From: an uncultured Erysipelotrichaceae bacterium
GTDB lineage: Bacteria; Bacillota_I; Bacilli_A; Erysipelotrichales; Erysipelotrichaceae
Length of the DNA: 32,000 bases
Reading direction: 5' to 3'
NCBI GenBank assembly: GCA_942492995.1
Contig: OW818653.1
Coordinates: 720,001 to 752,000, forward strand
Shown: piece by piece, positions 15,634 to 26,633 of the stretch
Numbering within the stretch: the first letter of the stretch is position 1
How the letters are laid out: each line of letters begins with the position of its first letter
Made by a program: the position numbers and the translations under genes
Notes under the pieces: generated by a model
What the model was told of the DNA's origin: nothing
Seen by the model: the letters and a program-made list of their open reading frames with translations, nothing else
The model's database searches: none

Positions 15634-18258
15634 TTATTTATTCTTTAATGCCGCATGCGCTGCAGCTAAACGAGCGATAGGAACTCTAAATGGAGAACAA
15701 GACACGTAGCTTAATCCAGCACGATGGAAGAATTCCACTGAGCTTGGATCACCACCATGTTCACCACACACCCCTAATTTAATATTAGGACGTGTTTGTT
15801 TACCTAATTTACATGCTAATTCTACAAGTTTACCAACACCATGTTGATCTAAACGAGCAAATGGATCTTGTTCGAAAATCTTCTTGGAATAGTAACTATC
15901 TAAGAAAGCACCTGCATCATCACGGCTGAATCCAAATGTCATTTGTGTTAAGTCATTTGTACCGAATGAGAAGAACTCTGCTTCAGTCGCAATTTCATCC
16001 GCTAAGATTGCGGCACGTGGAATCTCAATCATTGTACCAACTTGATATTCAAGTTTAACACCAGACTCCGCAATAATGCGATCTGCTGTTTTAACAACAA
16101 TATCCTTAACGTATTTTAGTTCTTTAATTTCTCCAACAAGAGGAATCATAATTTCAGGTTTTAAATGCCATTCTGGGTGTAATTTAGAAACGTTAATCGC
16201 AGCTTCAATAACCGCTTGCGTTTGCATTTCTGCAATTTCAGGGTAAGAAACCGCTAAACGACATCCACGATGACCCATCATTGGATTAAATTCATGTAAG
16301 TTAGAAATAATTTGTTTTAAATCAGAAAGACTTAAATTCATTTCATTCGCTAGATTTACGATATCTTCTTCAATCGTAGGTAAGAATTCATGTAGAGGAG
16401 GATCTAAGTAACGAATTGTGACTGGACGATCTTGCATCTCCATATAAATACCTTCGAAATCACTTCTTTGCATAGGGAGTAACTTAGCTAATGCTAAACG
16501 ACGTTGTTCCTCAGTACGAGCCACAATCATCTCACGCATTGCTTTAATACGATCGCCTTCAAAGAACATATGTTCAGTACGTGTTAGACCAATACCTTCA
16601 GCCCCAAACTCAACCGCCTGACGCGCATCCTTTGGAGTATCCGCATTTGCACGAACTTTTAGTGTTCTAAACTCATCTGCCCAAGCCATTAATTGTGAGA
16701 AATCACCAGTAATACTTGCAGGAATCGTTTTAACTGCTTCACCATAAATATTACCAGTTGAACCATCAAGGGATAAGTAATCCCCTTCATTGAAGGTTCT
16801 TCCACCTAATGTAAATGCTTTATCAGAAATAAACTTAATATCGCCACAACCCGATACACAACAAGTGCCCATACCACGAGCCACAACAGCCGCATGGGAT
16901 GTCATACCACCACGTGCTGTTAGAATACCTTGTGATACATGCATTCCTTCGATATCTTCAGGTGAAGTTTCTAAACGAACAAGAATAACCTTTTCGCCAC
17001 GATTCTTCCAATCAACCGCATCTTGAGCTGTAAACACAACTTTACCACTTGCTGCACCAGGTGAAGCAGGTAAAGCACGTCCAACAATTGGTGCAGCTTT
17101 TAATGAAGCAGGATCAAATTGAGGATGTAATAAAGCGTCTAATTGTTTAGGATCAACCTGTAATACAGCTTGTTCCTTCGTAATCATACCTTCACTAACT
17201 AAATCAACCGCAATCTTAAGTGCAGCCGCAGCTGTACGCTTACCATTACGTGTTTGTAACATAAACAATTTACCTTTTTCAATGGTAAATTCCATATCTT
17301 GCATATCACGATAATGTTCTTCTAATTTGTCACAAATCGCAATAAATTCATTATATGCATGAGGCATAATTTCCTGTAAACGATCAATGGTTTCAGGTGT
17401 ACGGATACCCGCCACAACATCTTCCCCTTGAGCATTCATCAAGAATTCACCCATCAATTTTTTTGCACCAGTCGAAGGATCACGAGTAAACGCAACACCT
17501 GTTCCTGAATCATCACCCGTGTTACCAAATACCATCGCTTGAACGTTAACTGCAGTACCCCAATCACTTGGAATTTCATTCATTCTACGATAATAAACTG
17601 CACGAGGATTATTCCATGAACGGAATACAGCTTTTACAGACTCAACTAATTGCTCTTTAGGTTCCTGAGGAAAATCAGTTCCCTTAACTTTCTTATAGAA
17701 TGCTTTATAACGAACAATCATTTCTTTTAAGTCTTCAGCTGTAAACTCAGTATCTAATTTGATACCTTTTTCTTCTTTCATCTCATCAATTATTTCTTCA
17801 AATTTCTTCTTGGAGATTTCCATAACAACATCAGAGAACATTTGAATGAAACGACGATATGAATCATACGCAAAGCGTGGATTATTGGTTAATGTCGCAA
17901 ACCCTTCCACAACTTCATCGTTTAAGCCTAAGTTTAGGATTGTATCCATCATACCAGGCATAGAAGCTCTTGAACCAGAACGTACAGATACTAAAAGTGG
18001 ATTATGTTTGTCCCCAAATTTCTTATCTGTTAATGCTTCAAGCTTTTCTAGATTTGCGAAAACCTCCGCAATGATCTCTGCATGAATCTCTTCCCCATCA
18101 TCATAATAGCGGGTACAAGCTTCAGTGGTTACTGTAAAACCTTGAGGTACTGGCATCCCTAAATTGGTCATTTCTGCCAAGTTAGCTCCCTTACCACCAA
18201 GTAAATTCTTCATTTTACCGCTACCTTCAGAGAATAAGTAAACGTATTTAGTACTCAT
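15634..18258 (-). CDS. ppdK: Pyruvate, phosphate dikinase
   Basis: The 874 aa product has N-terminal GGKGANLAEM, the phospho-His loop GGMTSHAAVVARGMG, and the C-terminal PEP-utilising motif FFSFGTNDLTQ. Confidence 0.95.
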   Translation of the reverse strand: MSTKYVYLFSEGSGKMKNLLGGKGANLAEMTNLGMPVPQGFTVTTEACTRYYDDGEEIHAEIIAEVFANLEKLEALTDKKFGDKHNPLLVSVRSGSRASMPGMMDTILNLGLNDEVVEGFATLTNNPRFAYDSYRRFIQMFSDVVMEISKKKFEEIIDEMKEEKGIKLDTEFTAEDLKEMIVRYKAFYKKVKGTDFPQEPKEQLVESVKAVFRSWNNPRAVYYRRMNEIPSDWGTAVNVQAMVFGNTGDDSGTGVAFTRDPSTGAKKLMGEFLMNAQGEDVVAGIRTPETIDRLQEIMPHAYNEFIAICDKLEEHYRDMQDMEFTIEKGKLFMLQTRNGKRTAAAALKIAVDLVSEGMITKEQAVLQVDPKQLDALLHPQFDPASLKAAPIVGRALPASPGAASGKVVFTAQDAVDWKNRGEKVILVRLETSPEDIEGMHVSQGILTARGGMTSHAAVVARGMGTCCVSGCGDIKFISDKAFTLGGRTFNEGDYLSLDGSTGNIYGEAVKTIPASITGDFSQLMAWADEFRTLKVRANADTPKDARQAVEFGAEGIGLTRTEHMFFEGDRIKAMREMIVARTEEQRRLALAKLLPMQRSDFEGIYMEMQDRPVTIRYLDPPLHEFLPTIEEDIVNLANEMNLSLSDLKQIISNLHEFNPMMGHRGCRLAVSYPEIAEMQTQAVIEAAINVSKLHPEWHLKPEIMIPLVGEIKELKYVKDIVVKTADRIIAESGVKLEYQVGTMIEIPRAAILADEIATEAEFFSFGTNDLTQMTFGFSRDDAGAFLDSYYSKKIFEQDPFARLDQHGVGKLVELACKLGKQTRPNIKLGVCGEHGGDPSSVEFFHRAGLSYVSCSPFRVPIARLAAAHAALKNK

Positions 18259-18284
18259 CTTTCCTCCTGTGGCAAAAAGCCATC

Positions 18285-18298
18285 TGTAAGCGCTTTTA
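18285..18298 (-). promoter_or_regulatory. Candidate catabolite-responsive element (cre, CcpA site) in the ppdK promoter/5' UTR
   Basis: The plus strand reads TGTAAGCGCTTTTA (minus TAAAAGCGCTTACA), one mismatch from TGWAANCGNTNWCA. It lies directly downstream of a TATAAT (minus strand, 18300-18305). Confidence 0.45.
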
Positions 18299-18332
18299 TA
18301 TTATACTAAAAGTTCAATTAGATTTCTAGCTT

Positions 18333-20915
18333 TTACGCTAGTTTAGCTAATTCTTCAAGTACTAAAGCATACTGTCTTTCGTATTCATTTAACTTATTCT
18401 TTTCTTCTTCTATTTTATTTGCAGGCGCAGAAGACATAAAGCGTTCATTTGCCAACATATTTTTTGAACGATTAAGTTCAGCTTCTAACTTAATTTTTTC
18501 TTTTGATAAACGAGCTAATTCTGCTTCCTTATCAACCAATTGACCTCTTTCAATTTGAAGTGATCCATTTAAAATTGAACGTGTGATTAACTCACCTTCT
18601 AATGTTTCAACCAATTCAGCTTTAACCATTTTCAATAGACTTTCTTGATAGATTTGATCAATAGAATACGATAATTTGATTTGTAGAGGAATCGATGGTT
18701 TAACATTGTATTCTGTACGGATACTTCTAATCTCAGAAATGATTGAAATTAATGACGCAACATCATGATGCGCTTTTTGGTCATTGAATTTAAATCCAGT
18801 TGGCCATGCACTTAGACATAATGGTTCATCACTTAAACTCGCATAAATCGTTTCAGTCACAAATGGCATCGTAGGATGACATAGTTTTAAGATACCTTTT
18901 AATACCGATACTAATGTATTAACTGTACCCTTCACAATTTCAGGATTTGTACTATTTAAGTTTGACTTACTAAGTTCGATATACCATGAACAATAATCAT
19001 CCCAAACGAATTCATATAAGAAACTTCCCGCTAAAGCGAAATCAAATTTTTCCATCGCTTGAGTAATCTTTTCTTGATTATCATCAAATCTCTCTAAAAT
19101 CCAATGATCAATCGATGATAACTTACATTGATGAAGTGGTGTTTCTTCAAAGTCCTCTGGAACATTCATTAATACGAAACGTGACGCATTCCATAGTTTA
19201 TTGATAAAATTCCATGCGGCTTCAACTTTTTCTGTAGAGTAACGTAAATCTAAGCCTGGTGCTGAATTGGTAGTTAAGAAGAATCGTAGTGCATCTGCAC
19301 CATATGATTCAATCACTTCCATTGGATCAACGCCATTGCCCAATGATTTACTCATCTTACGGCCTTCACTATCACGGATTAATCCATGGATAAGTGCTTT
19401 TTTAAATGGAACTGTTTTAGTAAAGTAACGTGCTTGGAACGCCATACGCGCAGCCCAGAAGAAAATAATATCGTACCCTGTAACTAAGACATCAGTCGGA
19501 TAATAGCGTTCAAAATCAGCTGTTTTCTCTGGCCAACCTAGTGTAGTGAATGGCCATAGAGCACTTGAAAACCAAGTATCTAAAACATCCTCATCTTGAG
19601 TGTAATTTTCGATATCTAAAGGCGCTGTTTCACTTACGAAAGGTATACCTGTTTCTTTGTTATACCAAACAGGGATACGATGACCCCACCATAATTGACG
19701 TGAGATACACCAGTCTTCAATATTTTCCATCCAATGTTCGAAAATACCTTCAAAACGATCTGGAATGAAGTCAATGCGATCGTCTGTTTTTTGTGCATCA
19801 AGGGCTGCTTCTGCCAATGGTTTCATACGTACAAACCATTGTTTAGATAGATATGGTTCTACAATCGCATCTGTACGTTCACTGTGTCCTACTTGATGAA
19901 TATGTTTCTCGATCTTTTCTAAATGTCCTTCAGATTCGATACGTTTAACAAGTTTCTTACGACAATCAAAGCGATCTAATCCATTAAATTCACCTGCTAA
20001 TTCATTCATAGAACCATCTGGATGCATACAAATAATCTTATCTAGATTATATTTTTCTGAAAGTGTAAAGTCATTTGGATCATGGGCTGGTGTACATTTC
20101 ATCGCACCTGTCCCAAATTCAATATCAATGTAATCATCCGCTAAGATTGGTAATACTTGATGATTCGCAGGATTAATAACCTGTTTACCAATTAAATGTG
20201 TGTATCTAGGATCTGTTGGATGAACAAATACACAAACATCCCCAAACATTGTTTCAGGACGCGTTGTACTCACTTTCAAGTATTCATCACTTCCAACAAT
20301 TGGATATTTAAACGTATAGAATGCGCCTTCTATTTCTTTATGGATAACTTCGATATTACTTAGAGCTGTTTTAGCTTGTGGATCCCAGTTAATAATGCGT
20401 TCACCTTGATAGATTAAGCCATCATTGTATAGATCAACGAATACTTTATTAACCGCAAGATTCAAGCCTTCATCCAAGGTAAAACGTTCACGTGAATAAT
20501 CAAGTGATAAACCAAGTTTTGCCCATTGTTCACGAATATGTGACGCATACTCATGTTTCCATTCCCATGCTTTATCCAGGAATTTTTCACGACCTAAATC
20601 ATAACGTGAAATGCCTTGTTCTTTAAGACGTGCATCAACTTTGGCTTGAGTCGCAATCCCTGCATGATCCATACCAGGCAACCACAACATATCAAAGCCT
20701 TGCATACGTTTAAAGCGTGCAATAATATCTTGTAATGCGGTATCCCAAGCATGCCCTAAATGTAACTTACCTGTAACATTCGGTGGCGGAATAACGATTG
20801 TGTAAGGTATCTTGCTGGTATCTCCAGCGGTAAAATAACCTTCTTCAATCCATTTTTGATACGCACTTTCTTCAACCTGTTTAGGATTGTATTTGTTTTC
20901 CAATTGTTTTTTCAT
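18333..20915 (-). CDS. valS: Valyl-tRNA synthetase
   Basis: NKYNPKQVEESAYQKWIEEGYF, PPPNVTGKLHLGHA (HIGH), KMSKSLGN and a C-terminal coiled coil support the call. I prefer the ATG at 20915 (GGAG SD 9 nt upstream). The ORF-track start at 20930 is also possible. Confidence 0.95.
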   Translation of the reverse strand: MKKQLENKYNPKQVEESAYQKWIEEGYFTAGDTSKIPYTIVIPPPNVTGKLHLGHAWDTALQDIIARFKRMQGFDMLWLPGMDHAGIATQAKVDARLKEQGISRYDLGREKFLDKAWEWKHEYASHIREQWAKLGLSLDYSRERFTLDEGLNLAVNKVFVDLYNDGLIYQGERIINWDPQAKTALSNIEVIHKEIEGAFYTFKYPIVGSDEYLKVSTTRPETMFGDVCVFVHPTDPRYTHLIGKQVINPANHQVLPILADDYIDIEFGTGAMKCTPAHDPNDFTLSEKYNLDKIICMHPDGSMNELAGEFNGLDRFDCRKKLVKRIESEGHLEKIEKHIHQVGHSERTDAIVEPYLSKQWFVRMKPLAEAALDAQKTDDRIDFIPDRFEGIFEHWMENIEDWCISRQLWWGHRIPVWYNKETGIPFVSETAPLDIENYTQDEDVLDTWFSSALWPFTTLGWPEKTADFERYYPTDVLVTGYDIIFFWAARMAFQARYFTKTVPFKKALIHGLIRDSEGRKMSKSLGNGVDPMEVIESYGADALRFFLTTNSAPGLDLRYSTEKVEAAWNFINKLWNASRFVLMNVPEDFEETPLHQCKLSSIDHWILERFDDNQEKITQAMEKFDFALAGSFLYEFVWDDYCSWYIELSKSNLNSTNPEIVKGTVNTLVSVLKGILKLCHPTMPFVTETIYASLSDEPLCLSAWPTGFKFNDQKAHHDVASLISIISEIRSIRTEYNVKPSIPLQIKLSYSIDQIYQESLLKMVKAELVETLEGELITRSILNGSLQIERGQLVDKEAELARLSKEKIKLEAELNRSKNMLANERFMSSAPANKIEEEKNKLNEYERQYALVLEELAKLA

Positions 20916-21492
20916 AGTTTTCTTCTCCATATTTCTCTTTTACAATTTCATCATCTTTACATAAACCATAATAGATATAGTCTGCACGATGACCATCACG
21001 TTCTCTTTTACGTTTTCTAAACTGCCCTTCTTTTATAAACCCAGCTTTTTCAATGACTTTACCCGATCCGATATTATCAGCACAGTGATTGATCTCTAAG
21101 CGATAAAATCCACAATAATTGAATAGGATAGAGATAAGTGTTTCAAGTGCTTCTGTCACATAACCTTTACCCCAATAATCTTTATTAATCACATAACCTA
21201 TGACACCTACTTCATTGAAATAGACTTGATTGACATCAATAGTGCCAATCATCTTATTTGTACTCTTAAGTACAATCGCATACGGTTCAGGAATACCCAC
21301 ATTATTTCGGTTCATATAAAGTTTCTCGATAATATATCGACTAAATTCAACAGAATCATGTTTCTCAAACCAAAGATATTTAACGACTTCATCATCGCTA
21401 CAATATTCATACATATCTTTGTCATCATCAAGTTGAATCGGCCTTAGAATAAGTCGCTCTGTTTCTACAACAGGCATGTTGAGTTTAAGCAT
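20881..21492 (-). CDS. GNAT family N-acetyltransferase (RimJ/RimL-like, Acetyltransf_3 type)
   Basis: ETERLILRPIQLDDDKDMYEY.., ..IGYVINKDYWGKGYVTEALETLI.., and ..NIGSGKVIEKAGFIKEG.. are typical. The start is set at ATG 21492 (GGAGGT SD). The longer ORF-track N-terminus translates the T-box leader. The last 35 nt overlap valS. Confidence 0.8.
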   Translation of the reverse strand: MLKLNMPVVETERLILRPIQLDDDKDMYEYCSDDEVVKYLWFEKHDSVEFSRYIIEKLYMNRNNVGIPEPYAIVLKSTNKMIGTIDVNQVYFNEVGVIGYVINKDYWGKGYVTEALETLISILFNYCGFYRLEINHCADNIGSGKVIEKAGFIKEGQFRKRKRERDGHRADYIYYGLCKDDEIVKEKYGEENYEKTIGKQIQS

Positions 21493-21714
21493 TTCCTTTA
21501 CCTCCACAAAAAAACGTCCTACAAAGGACGTTGGATAAACGTGGTACCACCTTAATTTCACTACTGTGCTCAATGTTATAACGGCACAACCGAATTTTCT
21601 TACTCAATTCAGAAAATTAACTCCCGAAGGACAGGCTTATCTTTCTTGGCTTTGTTTCATCTACCCAAAGCTTTCTACATTCCCAAAAAATAAGTTTATT
21701 TCGTTCATTGTTTT
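21493..21714 (-). promoter_or_regulatory. T-box riboswitch leader with terminator, upstream of GNAT-valS
   Basis: The conserved T-box core AAGGTGGTACCACG (21540-21555, minus strand) is followed by the terminator ACGTCCT-TTGT-AGGACGT plus a T7 run (21508-21531). Stem I-like GCTTTG..CAAAGC lies upstream. GUC and GUU Val codons are candidate specifiers, but I could not resolve which by eye. Confidence 0.8.
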
Positions 21715-21720
21715 GTAATA

Positions 21721-21749
21721 AGTATAGACAATAAAATGTCTATAGTCAA
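21721..21749 (-). promoter_or_regulatory. Sigma-A promoter of the T-box-GNAT-valS transcript
   Basis: The minus strand reads TTGACT (21744-21749), a 17 nt spacer, then TATACT (21721-21726). It starts directly after the queH stop codon. Confidence 0.6.
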
Positions 21750-22388
21750 TTACACATCAAACTCTTTTTCATGGATGGAATATTCACACCCACAATATTC
21801 TTGTTTATAGATTCCTAAACTCTTCGCTGTACTTACCGCAAAATCAATCCCTTTATTTTTTTTAAAGTTTGAATAGAAGTATTTAACATTAGGATACCCA
21901 TTTGCTAAACGTCGTGCTATTCCATTGATTTTATCGGAGTTCTTTTGGCGTGATATTGTCATTACTGTAGTGACATATTCATAATCATGCTCACTTGCGT
22001 ATTTCATCGCTTGATTGATACGTAATGCATAACACATTCCACATCGATTCGAACCTTCTTTATCAGTTGCTCGTTTTTCTAAATAAAGCAATTTATACGC
22101 ATCATAATCATATGGTTCTTCCACAACTTTAATTTCAGTTTTATTTCGCTCATTAAATAATTTTACATAGTTTCTTAACTCAGTTATACGCATATCATAT
22201 TCAGATGCTGGATAAATATTTGAATTGTTATAGTAGATTGTAATATCAAAGATTGGATATAGATATTCCAATGGCCAACTGTTACATACTGCGCAACACG
22301 ACTGCATTAAAAGTTTAGGTTTATCCTGAACGTTTTTTAATTCTTCAATCTTTTCAATTTCCCATTGGTAATCGGTTAGTTTTCTCAT
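21750..22388 (-). CDS. queH: Epoxyqueuosine reductase QueH (DUF208 type)
   Basis: The Cys motifs [16 protein letters not shown] and YCGCEYS are characteristic of QueH. Its ATG overlaps the queA stop (ATGA). Confidence 0.85.
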   Translation of the reverse strand: MRKLTDYQWEIEKIEELKNVQDKPKLLMQSCCAVCNSWPLEYLYPIFDITIYYNNSNIYPASEYDMRITELRNYVKLFNERNKTEIKVVEEPYDYDAYKLLYLEKRATDKEGSNRCGMCYALRINQAMKYASEHDYEYVTTVMTISRQKNSDKINGIARRLANGYPNVKYFYSNFKKNKGIDFAVSTAKSLGIYKQEYCGCEYSIHEKEFDV

Positions 22389-23406
22389 TGTATGATCATG
22401 GAATCGCCAAAGCTAAAGAAACGATACTTCTCTTCAATGGCACATTCGTATGCCCTTATTATATACTCACGATTCGCAAATGCACTGACTAACATCACTA
22501 AAGTTGATTTTGGTAAATGGAAGTTTGTGATTAATGTATCGATTGCCATAAAGGTATACCCTGGTGTTATGAAGATTGATGTAGAACTTGTCTCTTCGAT
22601 AAACTTTCCATGTTTCTGCATTTGTGATTCAAGTGTACGAACAGATGTTGTCCCTACAGCCACAATTCTACGTTTCTCTGCTTTTGCTTGATTCAATAAA
22701 TCTGCACTCAACTTAGATACTTCATAGATTTCTTCATGCATAATATGTTCAGACACATCATCCGCATCAACGGGTTTAAATGTACCTAACCCAACATGTA
22801 ATGTTATATAACAGAGCTCTACACCTTTAGCTTTTATTTTTTCTAATAGTTCAGGGGTAAAGTGTAATCCAGCAGTTGGGGCTGCGGCACTACCATTATT
22901 TTTAGCGTAGACCGTTTGGTAACGTTCTGGATCATCGAGTTTTTCTTTGATATATGGAGGTAATGGGACTGTCCCAAGCTCTGCTAAACGTTCTAAGAAA
23001 ACACCATCAGAGATTATCTTAAAACGTCTTAGTCCTTGATCTAAAAACTCAATACATTCAAACTTTAATCTACCATCCCCAAAATTAACAATCGTCCCAA
23101 CTTTTACAGCACGTGCATTACGTACCATACATAGAACAGTATCTTTTTCATGGCGTAAGATTAAACATTCGATATGTGCATTCGTATCTTCTTTTATCCC
23201 AAATAATCGAGCTGGAAGAACACGTGTATCATTCAGTACTAAAACATCACCTTTATTTAAATAATCAGTGATATCACTAAAATGTTTATGATTAATACTT
23301 TCATCTTTTCGATTAAGCACCAATAAACGTGATGCGCTACGATCTTCTAAAGGATGTTGAGCAATCAGTTCATGAGGTAAGTTAAAGTCAAAATCACTGG
23401 TTTTCA

Positions 23407-23407
<1 letters not shown>
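22385..23407 (-). CDS. queA: S-adenosylmethionine:tRNA ribosyltransferase-isomerase
   Basis: [54 protein letters not shown]. The ATG shares one nt with the tgt stop (TAATG). Confidence 0.93.
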
Positions 23408-26395
<2,988 letters not shown>

Positions 26396-26422
26396 TAAGG
26401 TCCTCTTTTACTAAACTCAAGT

Positions 26423-26452
26423 ATTGTATCACATTTGAGTAAGGCATGCGAA
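26423..26452 (-). promoter_or_regulatory. Candidate typA promoter (extended -10)
   Basis: The minus strand reads TTCGCA, an 18 nt spacer, then TGaTACAAT (-10 at 26423-26428), about 28 nt upstream of the typA ATG. Confidence 0.45.
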
Positions 26453-26505
26453 TTATCTTTCACACAGGTTTCACACTGCTCTCTATAATATTTATTATAA
26501 TTAAC

Positions 26506-26606
26506 TCAGTAAAACTTACAAATGAAATCCTTCTGAATCTTCATTTCCCTCCCTTATTAACAGAAGGAACCGAAAATATTTATTAAAAGCGAGTAATCTC
26601 GCTTTT
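26506..26606. other. Two stem-loops plus a 12-codon mini-ORF in the typA-mutY intergenic region (candidate small RNA or leader, strand unresolved)
   Basis: Hairpin 1 is CCTTCTG (26529-26535) paired with CAGAAGG (26561-26567), with a 25 nt loop. Hairpin 2 is AAAAGCGAG-TAAT-CTCGCTTTT (26585-26606). On the minus strand the loop of hairpin 1 reads AAGGGAGGGAAATG and opens MKIQKDFICKFY* (26544..26506). Confidence 0.25.
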
Positions 26607-26633
26607 AAACTGTCTTTTATTTATAATAGGACT

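Noticed and set aside
21493-21573. N-terminal 27-residue extension of the GNAT ORF (MSTVVKLRWYHVYPTSFVGRFFVEVKE)
   Set aside because: This stretch is the translated T-box core and terminator (GGTGGTACCACG encodes ..KLRWYHV..). The real start is the ATG at 21492, which has a GGAGGT SD.
21586-21600. AATTTTCTGAATTGA in the valS leader as a CodY box
   Set aside because: It matches only 11 of 15 positions of AATTTTCWGAAAATT. The sequence is better explained as one arm of an 8 bp T-box stem (AATTTTCT/AGAAAATT).
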